20,000 bases of DNA from Lobosporangium transversale (lineage: Eukaryota), in contig NW_019028990.1 of assembly GCF_002105155.1 (NCBI RefSeq), forward strand, positions 866,839 through 886,838, given 5' to 3'. Positions within the stretch are counted from its first letter, which is position 1. The number at the start of each line of letters is the position of its first letter. Of the stretch, positions 1 through 11,430 are shown in pieces. Below the pieces are notes generated by a model. That model saw nothing but the letters and a program-made list of their open reading frames with translations, was not told the origin of the DNA and ran no database searches. Made by a program: the position numbers and the translations under genes.

Positions 1-437
1 ATTGGACTCTCTGGTCCTCCTGGCGTTGGAAAATCAACATTCATTGAAGCCTTTGGCATGTATCTTCTTTCGCTCGGACACCGTGTCTCTGTTTTGGTAT
101 TTCAAAAAAAAAAAAAAAAAAAAAAAAATCAATTTGCAAAAAAAAAAAAAAGCGCAAAATTGAAAAGATTTTTTTTTGTATGTGGAGGGGAATAATTTAG
201 GCTGTGGACCCATCTTCTGCACGGACAGGGGGATCTATCCTTGGTGATAAAACCAGAATGACAGAGCTCTCACGCAACACAATGGCCTATGTCCGCCCAT
301 CACCAAGTCGTGGAACATTAGGTAGGAAGACCAATCACAAAGTGTTTCTTATTTTTTATCTTTTTTTTATCCTATGGACCATTGTCTAATTGCTAATCCC
401 CCCGTCACCCTGTAGGAGGTGTATGTTGTCAAAAAAG

Positions 438-468
<31 letters not shown>

Positions 469-619
469 TACATTAAACTATTAGAGCATTTAGATGACAT
501 AGTTGAGTTGGAACCAAACAAATTAATAGGCGTTGCAAGATTATCCTGGATGTCTTTGTTCCCTTTCTTAGGTTGCTAGGAACACAACAGAAGCAATTAC
601 ATTATGCGAAGGTAAATAC

Positions 620-652
<33 letters not shown>

Positions 653-1821
653 AAGATATTTCATCTGATCTGTAAACTTCTTCCTTTCTTTCTTTTCTCT
701 GATTAACATATTAGCGGCAGGATATGACATTTGTCTTGTCGAGACTGTTGGTGTTGGTCAATCTGAGACCATGGTTGCAGACATTGTTGACATGTAAGCA
801 TTAAGCATTTTTTTTTTTTTTTTTTTTTTTTTTTTGAATACTATAAAGATTTTATTTTTGCTAATCGTTTTTTTGACTGAGGGTAGGTTTGTTCTCTTGG
901 TTCCTCCAGCTGGTGGAGATGAACTTCAGGTAAAGCGGAAAGAAGTGGGCAAACAGTTCTTTTCAATTTGTCACTCAAGATGTGTTCTCTCTTCCTATCA
1001 TTATTATTACTATCTATATATCTAAGGAACTGAGTGTTTATAATAATAATCCTCATTATTTTAGGGTATGAAAAAGGGCATCATGGAACTATCAGATTTA
1101 GTAATTGTCAACAAATCAGATGGAGCATTAGTAGACTCTGCACGTAATGCTCAGATCGAGTACACTAGTGCCCTTAAGTTTGTCAAGGCCATTTCAGAAA
1201 ATTGGAAACCAAAAGTAATTCGTGTGTCGTCGATGGGTGGGCCTGAAGGCGGAATTGACAAGGCATGGAGTACCATGAAGGAATACTTTGACATCATGGA
1301 GGTAAAAAAAAAAAAAAAAAAAAAAAAAGACTTGCAAAGAGACTTTTATGTCATCACCAACCACCGACCTTGTGTAAAGTAAAAAAAAAAGTGGCTGTGA
1401 TGGAAGACATTCTTATTAATATTTGGCATGCCACTACTGATAGTCGACTGGAGAACTACAACGGAAACGAGGTCACCAACGTAAGATTTGGATGTGGCGG
1501 CAAGTTTCATCGGAATTGCTGGACTTGTAAGTCAGTCGATTGGAGGGTGTTGAATAACCTGGTTAGCCTATAAGGTTGATCAGCCAAGTAAAGAGTGATG
1601 CCTTTCTTTCTAACGTTGAAAGCTTCTTTTTTTTTATGTCTCGTTACTATGACATTATCGCGTACATGAATATGATATCCCTTAGACTCAATGAGGATGC
1701 ACAAGTGCGAGAGTTGGCCAAGGAACTGGAATCCAAGGTTCTTCAGAACGAAGTCATGTCTGGCGCAGCAGCACATCAAATTGTAGAACGGTTCATGAAG
1801 GGCATGAACAGTTCATCTTGA
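1..1821 (+). CDS. MMAA: Methylmalonyl-CoA mutase-associated GTPase MMAA/MeaB, 5'-partial, multi-exon
   Basis: Manual splicing with GT..AG introns gives exons 1-96, 201-321, 416-420, 572-611, 715-793, 887-929, 1065-1301, 1444-1526 and 1686-1821. The product has P-loop [66 protein letters not shown] and NKSD, the MeaB/MMAA signature motifs. Stop TGA at 1819-1821. Confidence 0.95.
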
Positions 1822-1977
1822 GAGACTAAAAAACTAAACGTACAAAGTTCTAGAAAGACCAACAATAAAATTAAAATTAGAAAATTATCTATTACACATT
1901 GCTAAGACATAACAGAAACTCCACAGGCACCAGGTACCAGGCACCAGGAACAACAAACAGTCATCTGAATTACGCTT

Positions 1978-2024
1978 ATTTACACATTTATACATTTACA
2001 CATTTACACATTTACACATTTACA
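1978..2024. repeat. Short tandem repeat (ATTTACAC)n, about 5-6 imperfect units, intergenic
   Basis: atttacac atttatac atttacac atttacac atttacac atttaca read directly from the sequence. Confidence 0.85.
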
Positions 2025-2240
2025 GCTATAACAAGCTCATGATATTAAAGTTCACAAGTTCCATTGGGCTTTGACCTTCCACCTCCGAATGATCAGTCAC
2101 ATTTCCTTTCCTCTTTTTTCCATTCTTATTCTCATTCTCTCCATTCATTAGTCCAATTCTTATCCTTTGACTTTGACTCTGCTATTGCTCGCATTCCAGT
2201 TGTTTTATCTTCTATTTCCGCACATTCCTTGTAACCTATC

Positions 2241-3564
2241 ATGATAGACATCTCTCCCACAGAAAATGTTTTCACATGTAGTGCATCTTTTAAAGACCCC
2301 AGCACACTATATCCTACGACCCTCGAACTCTCCTCACACCAATTACTTTGGTCCGCACGACATCCAACTAAAGATAACCATACTATTCAAGGTATATTAA
2401 TACTAAATATATAAATAAAAAAATGTGTCCCGGATCATACTCAATTCCAATTGATACATTTTTTTTTCTTGTTTTCTTATTAGTTCCTTACTGTTGCATC
2501 TATGGATATGAGGCTCCAACGCCTGCTGGACTAGATGTGAATCATCAGGATTTAAAAGACATTGTCCAAAATACCTGTCGAGACCGGATGATCAAAGTCC
2601 ATTTTGTCGAATTCCTCTTCTCAGACTTGAAGGCCGTCTCATCTCCACAGTGCACAACAGCATATTTCTTGTTTGAACGACGGGCGGATGTGCAACGATT
2701 CCTCAATTTGGCACACCAATTAGGAGGTAAACACTATGTTAAATACAAGCAAAAGGGGTAGAATGGAACAGAATGAGATCCCTCATTATTTTAACTTCAC
2801 TGTTGTATCTTTAACAGTTTTTCCACGACCGCGGCGGATATTGGCCCTCGTCAATCCAAACGGCGGAGTCGGTAAAGCAAAGACTATCAACGATACTGTC
2901 GTCCAACCAATGTTGGAGCATTCTGGACTTGATGTTAAAGTACAATGTATGTCGACTGGAACAAAACGTAGCTTTTCTTTTTTTTTTTTTTATTAAAAAA
3001 AAAAAAAAAAAAAAAAAAAAGACTTATACGACTTACTCTTTTATCAATTAGACACAGAATACAGCAAACATGGAATCGATGTTGCTCACAAGATTGATTT
3101 GAAGGAGGTAGACACGTTGGCTGTTGTGTCCGGTGACGGATTACTTCATGAAATTGTCAATGGGCTCTTGTCGCGTTCGGACTGGGATCATGCTCGGCGA
3201 CTACCAATTGCTATCATTCCAGCAGGATCAGGCAATGCGACTGCTACCTCAATAGGTAAAAATGATTCAAGTGAAGGGCGTATTAGGGATTGAAAATCAC
3301 AGAATAGTAAGAAGAAAATGACAAAGTCTTCTCTTTCTCAGGAATACGTAGCCCAATAGTCGCGACACTGGCACTAATTCGAGGCGACACAGTCAAGCTG
3401 GATATCTTTTCATTATCACAGCTGGACCGTCCTAGAATTTACTCCATGCTAATGTTCAGTTGGGGCATGATGGCTGATGCTGACATTGAGTCTGACATGT
3501 AAGTGATGATACTCTACCTAGCATTGAAAAATTGATCATACTTTTATACTTCACAAACTTTGTC

Positions 3565-3596
<32 letters not shown>

Positions 3597-4527
3597 TTTT
3601 CTGTCGTCCCTAACATCCATTCAAAATAGATATCGATGGTTAGGTCCTTTGAGGTTCGAAATTGCAGGCTTCATACGCCTGATACGCCTTCGACGATATC
3701 CTGGGAAAGTCTATTTCCTCCCACCACATCACAAAGCAAAGCCTAGCCCTGCCTCAACCCTCGATTCTTCTCGTAACAGTAGTCATAAGCAGGATGCTCC
3801 TGTTGTTCAATATGGACATTTACTCAAAGACATTCATCATAAGCCCCCAGAGCCCTGGAGCCTGCTCCCCAATATGCCATTTTACACTATGCTCCTGCTG
3901 CTTAATTTCCCCTCAGCTGGAGAAACCATCTATTTCACTGACTCGATTCGATTCAACGATGGTGTGATGAAGCTATGGTATTCCTGCGAAACACGCTTCT
4001 GGAAAATTATATTACCATTTGTACTAGACCTGACAAACGGAAAATTAGTAGAACGGGACTTGATGCAAAACAAGGATTGCGGTGGTCTATTAATCATTCC
4101 TGGTGTAGAGGGTAAACCTAACGATAAGACGACGCATGAAGTGGTGGATCATGAGCAAGTGCGGTCCGAGTCAGCAAAGAAACTGGGTATCTATCAAAAG
4201 CCAGGGATATTTGATGTTGATGGCGAGGTCATGCCAACAGCACGGACATTAATTGAGGTTCTGCCGAGCTTTATGGATATTACAATTCCTGAATGGTTTT
4301 ATCATGAAAAGGATGTAGACCGGGAAAGAACTGCATTAGCAAAGTTGAAGACTGAGCTGATCAAAGAAGCCAGCAAGCGACAGCACCCGCAGCAAAGAAC
4401 AGATGGCCATAACCAAGTCCGTGAGGTTTTTTTAGTGCTATTCACCTTGGTCACTGTTGTAACAGCCTATGCTTTGTTCTTTAATGAGGAGCATCGAGCC
4501 CGGGAACGGATGGCGCAACAAATATAG
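2241..4527 (+). CDS. Sphingosine / sphingoid long-chain base kinase (DAGK catalytic family, SPHK/LCB4-like) with C-terminal hydrophobic helix
   Basis: Exons 2241-2391, 2484-2726, 2818-2946, 3052-3255, 3342-3498 and 3630-4527 splice in frame via GT..AG. Motifs: VNPNGG, VSGDGLLHEIVNG, IPAGSGNA, WGMMADADIESD.YRWLGPLRF and GIFDVDGE. The start codon at 2241 is the most plausible choice but is not proven. Confidence 0.92.
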
Positions 4528-4545
4528 AAAATATTGGCATTTGCT

Positions 4546-4578
<33 letters not shown>

Positions 4579-5694
4579 ACGAGTCGATGTAATAAAAAGT
4601 AGCCACCCCCATTTGCATCGCGAGCAAAGAGGAAAATGCATCTCGTCTATTGTATTTAGCTGCCATATTTATATGAAACTTTGCTATAGTTAATCTTCCC
4701 TATTACTTATCATGATCCAAGCATATTTTACTTTTTTAACGTTAAAAACAAACGCTGGGATAGACGGGGACCTGTTCAAATCATCTCAACTGCCATTCCC
4801 TGGACTAACTCCATCTTGAGCTCCGAACTAGACAAGTAAAAAAGGAGAGACGAATGAGACATTATACCAGGGGTCTGCTTAAGTAAAAACAATAAATTAG
4901 ACCTTCTCAGACTTGGTTCAATGTGGGGCCAAGTACAGTTCCCAAGAGCCTTCCCATTAATCTATTGATTTCAAATACTTCTACACTTAACTCCTGTGCG
5001 TCCCAGATGAGGGATTCATTACGGCTACCAAAATTATCAAGCTAATTATCAAAACGTAACTATACATCTGTCTATGCGTAGCATGGATAGAATGCATCCA
5101 TGTTAAATGTATGTACATGTACATCAATATTAAAAAAATAAAATAGTTAAAAAGGATCTCTTTAACTTCTTTAGGCTTGCAATGCAAGGTCATAAGGTGC
5201 CATTCGCGGGTAAAAAAACGAAGCACTTTATTCAGATTTTCAACTTATGTATAAGCATCCTGAGCACACTCACTACTCGCCTCTATGGTCACAGAGATGG
5301 TTCATAAGAAATGAAAAGGCAAAGTTGTTGGTAGGAAACATTGAGACAATATTACCCGATGAATATTTATCCGGATTAAATCCTTCTTTGATGTATGTGG
5401 TGAGTGCAACGAGGAGTTTTTGCAAAACTGTGGAACGCAATATGGACTTAAAGCCCATCGGGCCTTCAGAAAATAAATATTTTTCACTTTGCGACCAGTA
5501 ATATTTTGGACTGAAATCACTTTGTACACCCTATCTATCTCAATTTTTGATTTATGCAAAAGATTGAGAAAGGAGTGTGTAGCTCTAACTGAGATGCCAA
5601 GATATTCATGCAACAATGACGCAAATCTCGCCAAAAAGCAGAATGAAATTCGAATGCATATAAAAAAGGGATGAAGTTTTTTTTTAGAGTGCTT

Positions 5695-5728
5695 TCGAAT
5701 CCTATTCGATTATCGAATAGGAGCCCTG
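5695..5728. mobile_element. Isolated right end of TTCGAA-rich hAT-like element
   Basis: Ends TCGAATAGGAGCCCTG, one mismatch to the TIR at 8376-8391. Contains the near-palindrome CCTATTCGAT-T-ATCGAATAGG (5701-5721). Confidence 0.55.
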
Positions 5729-5863
5729 GTCTAAAATGCTGCCCATGACAACTTCTGGACGTCAAATAATGCAAGTAAAAGAAGGAACACTTTCTTAACT
5801 CTTTCTTAACTATATCTTCACAGAATATGAGACCAACTCCACAAAGGGAAGTCAACGAAGCCA
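5729..5863 (+). mobile_element. Fragment of Tc1 family E (5' UTR plus first 12 codons, MRPTPQREVNEA)
   Basis: Matches the reverse complement of about 14631-14787, with an internal deletion. Confidence 0.85.
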
Positions 5864-6568
5864 TGACTTCATATTTCTTGAATACAGTCCTCCTTTACAT
5901 TTATACGGACTCTCCCTTTTATCTAGGTATTTTCTTGAGCACAATCAATTCAATCGATATTTCTCTTATAGAAAAAAATATTTCTTCCCTTTCTCAAACA
6001 ATTTCACCATGACCCCTTGAAGATGCTCCAACAAGGGCATTAAAAAAAAAAAAAATAAAAAAATAAAAAAATAAAAAAAAAATTATTGGATACGTCTATA
6101 AAGGAAAGTGAAATATATTTGTTTATGACTTCGGCTAGGACTCTAGATCATGTGCAAAACATTTTTTTGTGTTCCTTTGCGGTGGACCGCAACATATTTT
6201 TATTTTTCCTTTGTGGTGGTGCAATGCAACAAATTTTGTTGCGTTTCTCGGTCCAACACAACATAATTTTTTGCGTTCCTTTGCGGACTCACGCAACCAG
6301 CTGCATATTTCGAGAAAAAAGTATATGTTATAGCGGAGGGTCAAGCTTGTCGCTGAGGAGTATGGCTGATCAATATGAATATGGATAGGAAAATGAATGA
6401 GAAACGTTCATCCCTTTATTAACCACCTGCTCTTACTCAGTGCTCCTATTCGAACCATTCGAATCGAATCTCACTGATATCGAATTCGATTCGAATTCGA
6501 ATAGATATCAAAATTCGAATGCTATTCGAATGGTTCGAATGATTCGAGCCTTCGATTTATTCGAACTA

Positions 6569-8171
6569 TAGTGCGTGCCAAAACTGATGCAATAAATTGC
6601 ATTTTTCAACATTCATTCCTCATTCTCCTTCTTCCTCTTTATGATCTTCCCTGCCACCACCGTTTCTCATTCTCATTTGTCTCACCTCCATGGAGTCTCA
6701 TCGTCATCGCCATCAGTGGCCTAATTAGCATTTAATTGCAATTTGCTTTCAGCATCTCATTGCATCTATTATGGCAATTAACAACTTCTTGTTTTTATTT
6801 ATTCCTGTTACTTCTCCTTTCCCCTAACGATGTTCCCTCCTTTAGCCTTATATAACTCCCTCATCCTCTTCGGCATACCGCAGTATAGTTTGTGTAAGAA
6901 TTCAGGAGGGATATGTGTCCATACGTCTTGGACTCTCTCCCAGAGATCCTCCATATTCTTTGCCTTGTCTGGATAATGATCCAACTGCACCTTCATGTAT
7001 GCCCATATGTTTTCTATTGGGTTGATGTCAGGAGAGTTTGCTGGCCATTCCATGAGAGGTATCTTAGACTTTTGGATATAGGTCATTGCTATTCTTCCGG
7101 TATGAATCCTAGCATTGTCCTGCTGAAATATAAATTTGTCCTTATCCATCAAGTAGTAATCCCTGGACTTAAAGATATAATCCTTGAGAACGTCGACGTA
7201 TGTTACCGAATCCACCTTCTCTTGGAGCCAGCAGCCATCGCCTGGTCCGTAGTAAGTTATACAACCCCAGAACATCATTTTGCCTCCACCGCCTTGCCTT
7301 GTCTTTTTGATATGATGTGCTCGTAGAGTTTTATCCCATCGATGCTTGTAGTAGTACTTTCTTCCGCAGGACCCAACTCTGCTAAAGATGGTCTCATCTG
7401 AGAACATGACGTTCTTCCAGTCTTCTAGAGTCCAGTCCAAGTGATCCTTTGCAAAATTATATCGAGCATAGATTTGCTTCTTCGTCAGATCAGGCTGCTT
7501 CTGTTTTACATATGCCCCCATATCATCCTGCATAAGGAACCTCCTGATGCTCGATTTACTAACCTGCACTCCTTCCCTCAATTGAACAAGTTGTTGGCCA
7601 TCTTTTAGGGTCTCCAATACACCCATGTCAAAAAATCTTGATAAAAGCTGTTTCGTTTTCTTAGTAACTTTGCAGGGTCGGCCCCCTCTCAGCACTGGAA
7701 TACTTTCTTTGCCTCTTTTCCTAATCCTTTGAGCTGAGGTAACAGATATCCCTAAACTCTTTGACACTTCTCTGGAAGACTTTCCCTGATGAAGTAGAGC
7801 AGTTGCATTTTGGATAGTTGATTTGGATAATGATTTCATGTTATGATAAAGATATGGCAGATATGTAGAGTGTCGCTTGGTGTATCAGTGGTGATGGTGC
7901 TATAAAGAAAGAATAAAGAATAAGAAAGAAGTAAGGGATGGACAAACCTGACATGTACTTTTTACCAAAACTGATGCAATGAGACATGACTATACAAATG
8001 GCGATTATTCGCTAATTGCGTCATTGATGAGAACAGCGATGACAGTCTACGAAGGTGAGACAAATGAGAATGAGAAGCGGTGATGGTAGGGAAGATCATT
8101 AGAAAGGAAAAGGAGAATGAGGAATGAATGTTAAAAAATGCAAATTATTGCATCAGTTTTGGCACGCACCA
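6569..8171 (-). mobile_element. Tc1-like transposon family A, full length (1603 bp), about 210-bp imperfect TIRs, TA TSD
   Basis: TA|TAGTGCGTGCCAAAACTGATGCAAT ... ATTGCATCAGTTTTGGCACGCACCA|TA. The TIR arms at about 6569-6775 and 7965-8171 align. Confidence 0.92.
6808..7839 (-). CDS. Tc1 transposase, DD34E, intact 343 aa
   Basis: N-terminal HTH region with GGRP, then MFSDET, QQDNARIH and WPANSPDINPIE; 34 residues counted between the second D and E; no stops or frameshifts. Confidence 0.95.
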   Translation of the reverse strand: MKSLSKSTIQNATALLHQGKSSREVSKSLGISVTSAQRIRKRGKESIPVLRGGRPCKVTKKTKQLLSRFFDMGVLETLKDGQQLVQLREGVQVSKSSIRRFLMQDDMGAYVKQKQPDLTKKQIYARYNFAKDHLDWTLEDWKNVMFSDETIFSRVGSCGRKYYYKHRWDKTLRAHHIKKTRQGGGGKMMFWGCITYYGPGDGCWLQEKVDSVTYVDVLKDYIFKSRDYYLMDKDKFIFQQDNARIHTGRIAMTYIQKSKIPLMEWPANSPDINPIENIWAYMKVQLDHYPDKAKNMEDLWERVQDVWTHIPPEFLHKLYCGMPKRMRELYKAKGGNIVRGKEK

Positions 8172-8202
8172 TAGTGGCACAATGGTAAATGCTAATTTTA
8201 AA

Positions 8203-8246
<44 letters not shown>

Positions 8247-9388
8247 ATCGGGTGTAAAATACAAGGACCATACCTTCGCTACGCGTAACCAGTGGTCCTA
8301 TTCGAACCATTCGAACCATTCGAATCGAACCAGGATATGGCTTATTCGAAGCTATTCGAATTCGATCCGTTCGAATCGAATAGGAGCACTGGTCTCATTC
8401 ATCATGGTTTTTAATTGACAAAAGTATTTAATGTCATTTGGGCAATTATATAACCATCACTTATTTTACGCACCTTTGCTGAATTTTTTTCAAATTATCT
8501 CCCACACACTTGAGTACAGTGGTCATCAAAAGTCATTCAATGATTTTGAATTTTTAACATTCTCATTCCTTTTCTTCATTCTCATCTAGCATATGGCTAG
8601 TATATTTGGGGTAGTGCATTTGTTCCCCAGACCTCATGATTACTTTCATGTCTCATTCCTAATTATGACTTCATTGTGAAATAAAACCAATTTCAATTTG
8701 ACCTGTCTATTGATTTGCTCACTTCTCTTTTTTCTACCAAGGTTACCTTCAGCTATATCTTCATACACCTCTACTTACAATTAACATTCCACATCGTTTA
8801 GTATTTATTATGAGGAGGCTTTCTATGGAAAAGGTACAAAATGCTCAGGCCTTACTTCGACAAGGGAAGTCTACAAGCGAAGTGGCAAGGCAACTTGGTA
8901 TCTCTATTTCATCGGCAATAAGGATCAGGAGGGACGTCAAGGACAATATTCCTAAACCCAGAATGGGCAGACCCTCATTGGTTTCCCCTGCTACCAAGAG
9001 GGTAATTGCACGCGAGGTTGATACGGGGAAACTTAGATCCATTCTGGCGGTTCAAGAATACATCAGATCGAGCCATGGAGTGCATGTCAGTGTAGAGACT
9101 GCCCGACGCTATGTAAAATCAGAGGGTTTGAAAAACTATGTCCGCCCATTCAAGCCTAGGCTGACAAAAATGCAGATTGCGAAAAGGAAGAATTTTGCCC
9201 TCAACCACCTTGACTGGACTGTTGATGATTGGAAGCGAGTGATGTTCTCGGACGAAAAGCTTTTTGAAAGGCTAGGGTCCTTAGGAGGAAGAACACAATA
9301 TAGGCGACCCGGCCACAGGACTTTAGAAGATCAAGATGTTAGGGAGAGATCAAGGGGAGCACATAATAAACTTATGTGGTGGGGCCGT

Positions 9389-9911
9389 TGTCACGAACAG
9401 CAAGCAATGTCTAGCTCATGAATTGATGAATGACTTTTGTCTGATTCGAATCTGAAAAAGATCACGTGTGCTTGATTAATTTGTTCCGCTCATTTCCTTC
9501 ACTCATTCCTCCATGCATAGTTTGCCTGTCAAGCCAAGTCGCGTCTCCTAGTTTTCTAGCTCCGTGAATAGCTCCAAGGATTCTAGAAGAGCTATAAACC
9601 AATAACTAAGACTTATAGTGCCAAGGAACCTTGAAATAAGATTGCACCAGATATCTTCCTCGGATCCTGTGTATTAAGTTAACTCAACACTTGGAGTTCC
9701 GCATATGGTAAAAGTCCTTAGGAAATATTTGAGTAAGCTTTATTTAGAGTTCTTGAAGCGCGTCTCCGCTTCAGTCAAACAAGTATAAATATGATAGATT
9801 TGAAACATAGTAAACCTCAGTCTGCAATAAAACTATTCTTGAATCTCCTAAGCTCATTCTTGTTCCTAAATCACTTACCTTCTCTTGCAATCGTCCTGTC
9901 AGTCCTTGACA
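9389..9911 (+). mobile_element. Solo LTR, 523 bp
   Basis: TGTCA...TGACA termini; 5-bp TSD GCCGT (9384-9388 and 9912-9916); TATAAATA at about 9784 followed by AATAAA at about 9825. Confidence 0.9.
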
Positions 9912-10269
9912 GCCGTATCACTTATCATGGTGTAGGCAATGGTTGCAGGATCCCTGTCACGGTTGATTCCTCTTTATATGTTGATGTTCTACAAGATTAT
10001 GTCCTCGGCTCGTGGAAGTGGTATGGCCAGGACCCTGAAAAGTTAATTTTTCAGCAGGACAATGCAAGTGTTCATACGAATAGGATGGTTAAAGAGTTCT
10101 TTATTAAGTCACACATTACCACTTTGGAGTGGCCTCCAAATTCTCCTGACCTCAGCCCTATCGAGAATGTATGGGCCTACATGGATCAGCGGCTCAAGGG
10201 ATATGAGAAGGTACCAAAGGATCTGGATGAACTATGGGAAAGACTACAGGATATCTGGACATCTATTCC

Positions 10270-10464
10270 TGCAAGCGAAATCACTATAATAATTTTGTGC
10301 AACATAGTATTTCGCCCATATTTCTAGAGCATTCCTTGCAACAGGACATTAACTAGTATAAATAGGTCTACTTTTCTATCTAGTTCTGTAGCATAGTTCC
10401 CCCTGAATAAAGATACCTTTATTGCACCCTTAGATCCCCCTAGAACACTACCTTGACTTTTGCA
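10270..10464 (+). mobile_element. 195-bp solo LTR-like element, copy 1
   Basis: TGCAA...TTGCA termini; TSD ATTCC (10265-10269 and 10465-10469); internal TATAAATA then AATAAA. Confidence 0.92.
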
Positions 10465-10928
10465 ATTCCACCTGACTTCCTTGATGAGCTATATGAAAGT
10501 ATGCCACGAAGGGTAGAGGAGCTACATCGCAAGAAAGGAGGTCGTACACATTACTGAAGAACAGAAAAAAAAAACAAATAAAGCAAAGCTGCTGATTTTC
10601 TTCAAATGTCATTCAATGAGATGCCAATAATTGGCATTCATCTAAATTTTCAATTAGCAACAGGAGCTCATTGACATTGTAGTAGGAGTGACATTGTCGA
10701 TGGTCGAACTCGCTACGTAAGTTTCATTAGCGACAAGCAAGATCAAATTGGAGAAAGGAATGAGAATGTCGAAATTCCTAATTCATTGAATGACTTTTGA
10801 TGACCACTGTAGATACTCTTCACTTACACTTTTCTGAGAGCCTACGTTACTCTTCCTAAGCACTCCAAAGATGAAGCCAATCAAAGCTTCCGTTGTTGAG
10901 GATGCTCTCCGTTTACTTGAGCAGCACA

Positions 10929-11430
10929 TGTAATAAAGTCAGACTAGAGGAAGGCTAGGTAACTACCCAGTTGGTGTGCAAGGGATCAAGAGAGGTACGT
11001 GGGCAAGGATGGAGGAACAAGTACAGTAAAGATAAGGTGTTTATTGCTACTGATTTGATATGGTACTACTAGACTATTTATATGTTTTGGTTGAGGTGAC
11101 AGAGTCATCCTCGTTTGATGATTGATTACTAATCGGAGTCTTGGCATCTGATAGGGTACTCTCTTCGTGCTTGTCTTCTGGAATATCATTGGTCAAGTTT
11201 GGGTCATGCGGATGAGTCATCTGGTCTTGCTGCGGATTGCGCAGCATTTGTTTGTTTGCGTTGGACACTCGATTACATTTAGGTTCGGCATAGACTCTTG
11301 GCGTAATGATGTCATCTATTTCCCAATCTCCGTTATCGGTCCAGGTGAGTGACCATTGTTTACATGACTTGCACATTGGATAGATGGAATTTCTAGAAGA
11401 TGAGAACTCAGAGATTAGCTATCTCTGACA
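10929..11430 (-). mobile_element. Solo LTR, 502 bp
   Basis: TGTAA...TGACA termini; TSD GCACA (10924-10928 and 11431-11435); TATAAATA and AATAAA on the minus strand at about 11080 and 11042. Confidence 0.88.

Larger units (their letters stand above)
6438..8391. mobile_element. Non-autonomous hAT-like element (about 350 bp without its Tc1-A insert), 16-bp TIR CAGTGCTCCTATTCGA, many subterminal TTCGAA repeats
   Basis: Perfect TIR at 6438-6453 and 8376-8391, with a further TIR-like copy starting at 8290. TTCGAA clusters at 6449-6565 and 8301-8380. No intact TSD. The hAT assignment is inferred from CAG termini plus subterminal repeats. Confidence 0.65.
8810..10557 (+). pseudogene. Tc1 transposase (DD34E) interrupted by two LTR insertions
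   Basis: Removing 9389-9916 and 10270-10469 restores a 339-aa ORF with MGRP, MFSDEK, QQDNASVH and WPPNSPDLSPIE, ending KGGRTHY*. Confidence 0.92.
8517..10809 (+). mobile_element. Tc1-like transposon family B, full length, carrying two solo LTRs
   Basis: TA|CAGTGGTCATCAAAAGTCATTCAATGA ... TCATTGAATGACTTTTGATGACCACTG|TA. The 27-bp TIR is perfect and extends imperfectly. The empty-site sequence (TTGAGTAGATAC) is visible in the family C copy near 13052-13063. Confidence 0.95.

Noticed and set aside
4987..5674. Several short ORFs as a possible hAT transposase remnant
   Set aside because: No recognisable motifs in the translated frames; left unassigned.
6438..6570. CRISPR-like or heat-shock-element array from TTCGAA repeats
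   Set aside because: No regular repeat-spacer period, eukaryotic context, and the repeats are bounded by a transposon TIR.
6913..7326. ORFs antisense to transposases or ORF1 (also 11880-12140, 12551-12841, 13464-13715, 18890-19390)
   Set aside because: Shadow frames of real coding sequence with no recognisable motifs.
9791..10327. 178-aa ORF as a standalone gene
   Set aside because: A chimera of LTR sequence, the Tc1-B catalytic segment and the 195-bp element.
11074..11376. 100-aa ORF
   Set aside because: Lies wholly within the 502-bp solo LTR; no domain recognised.
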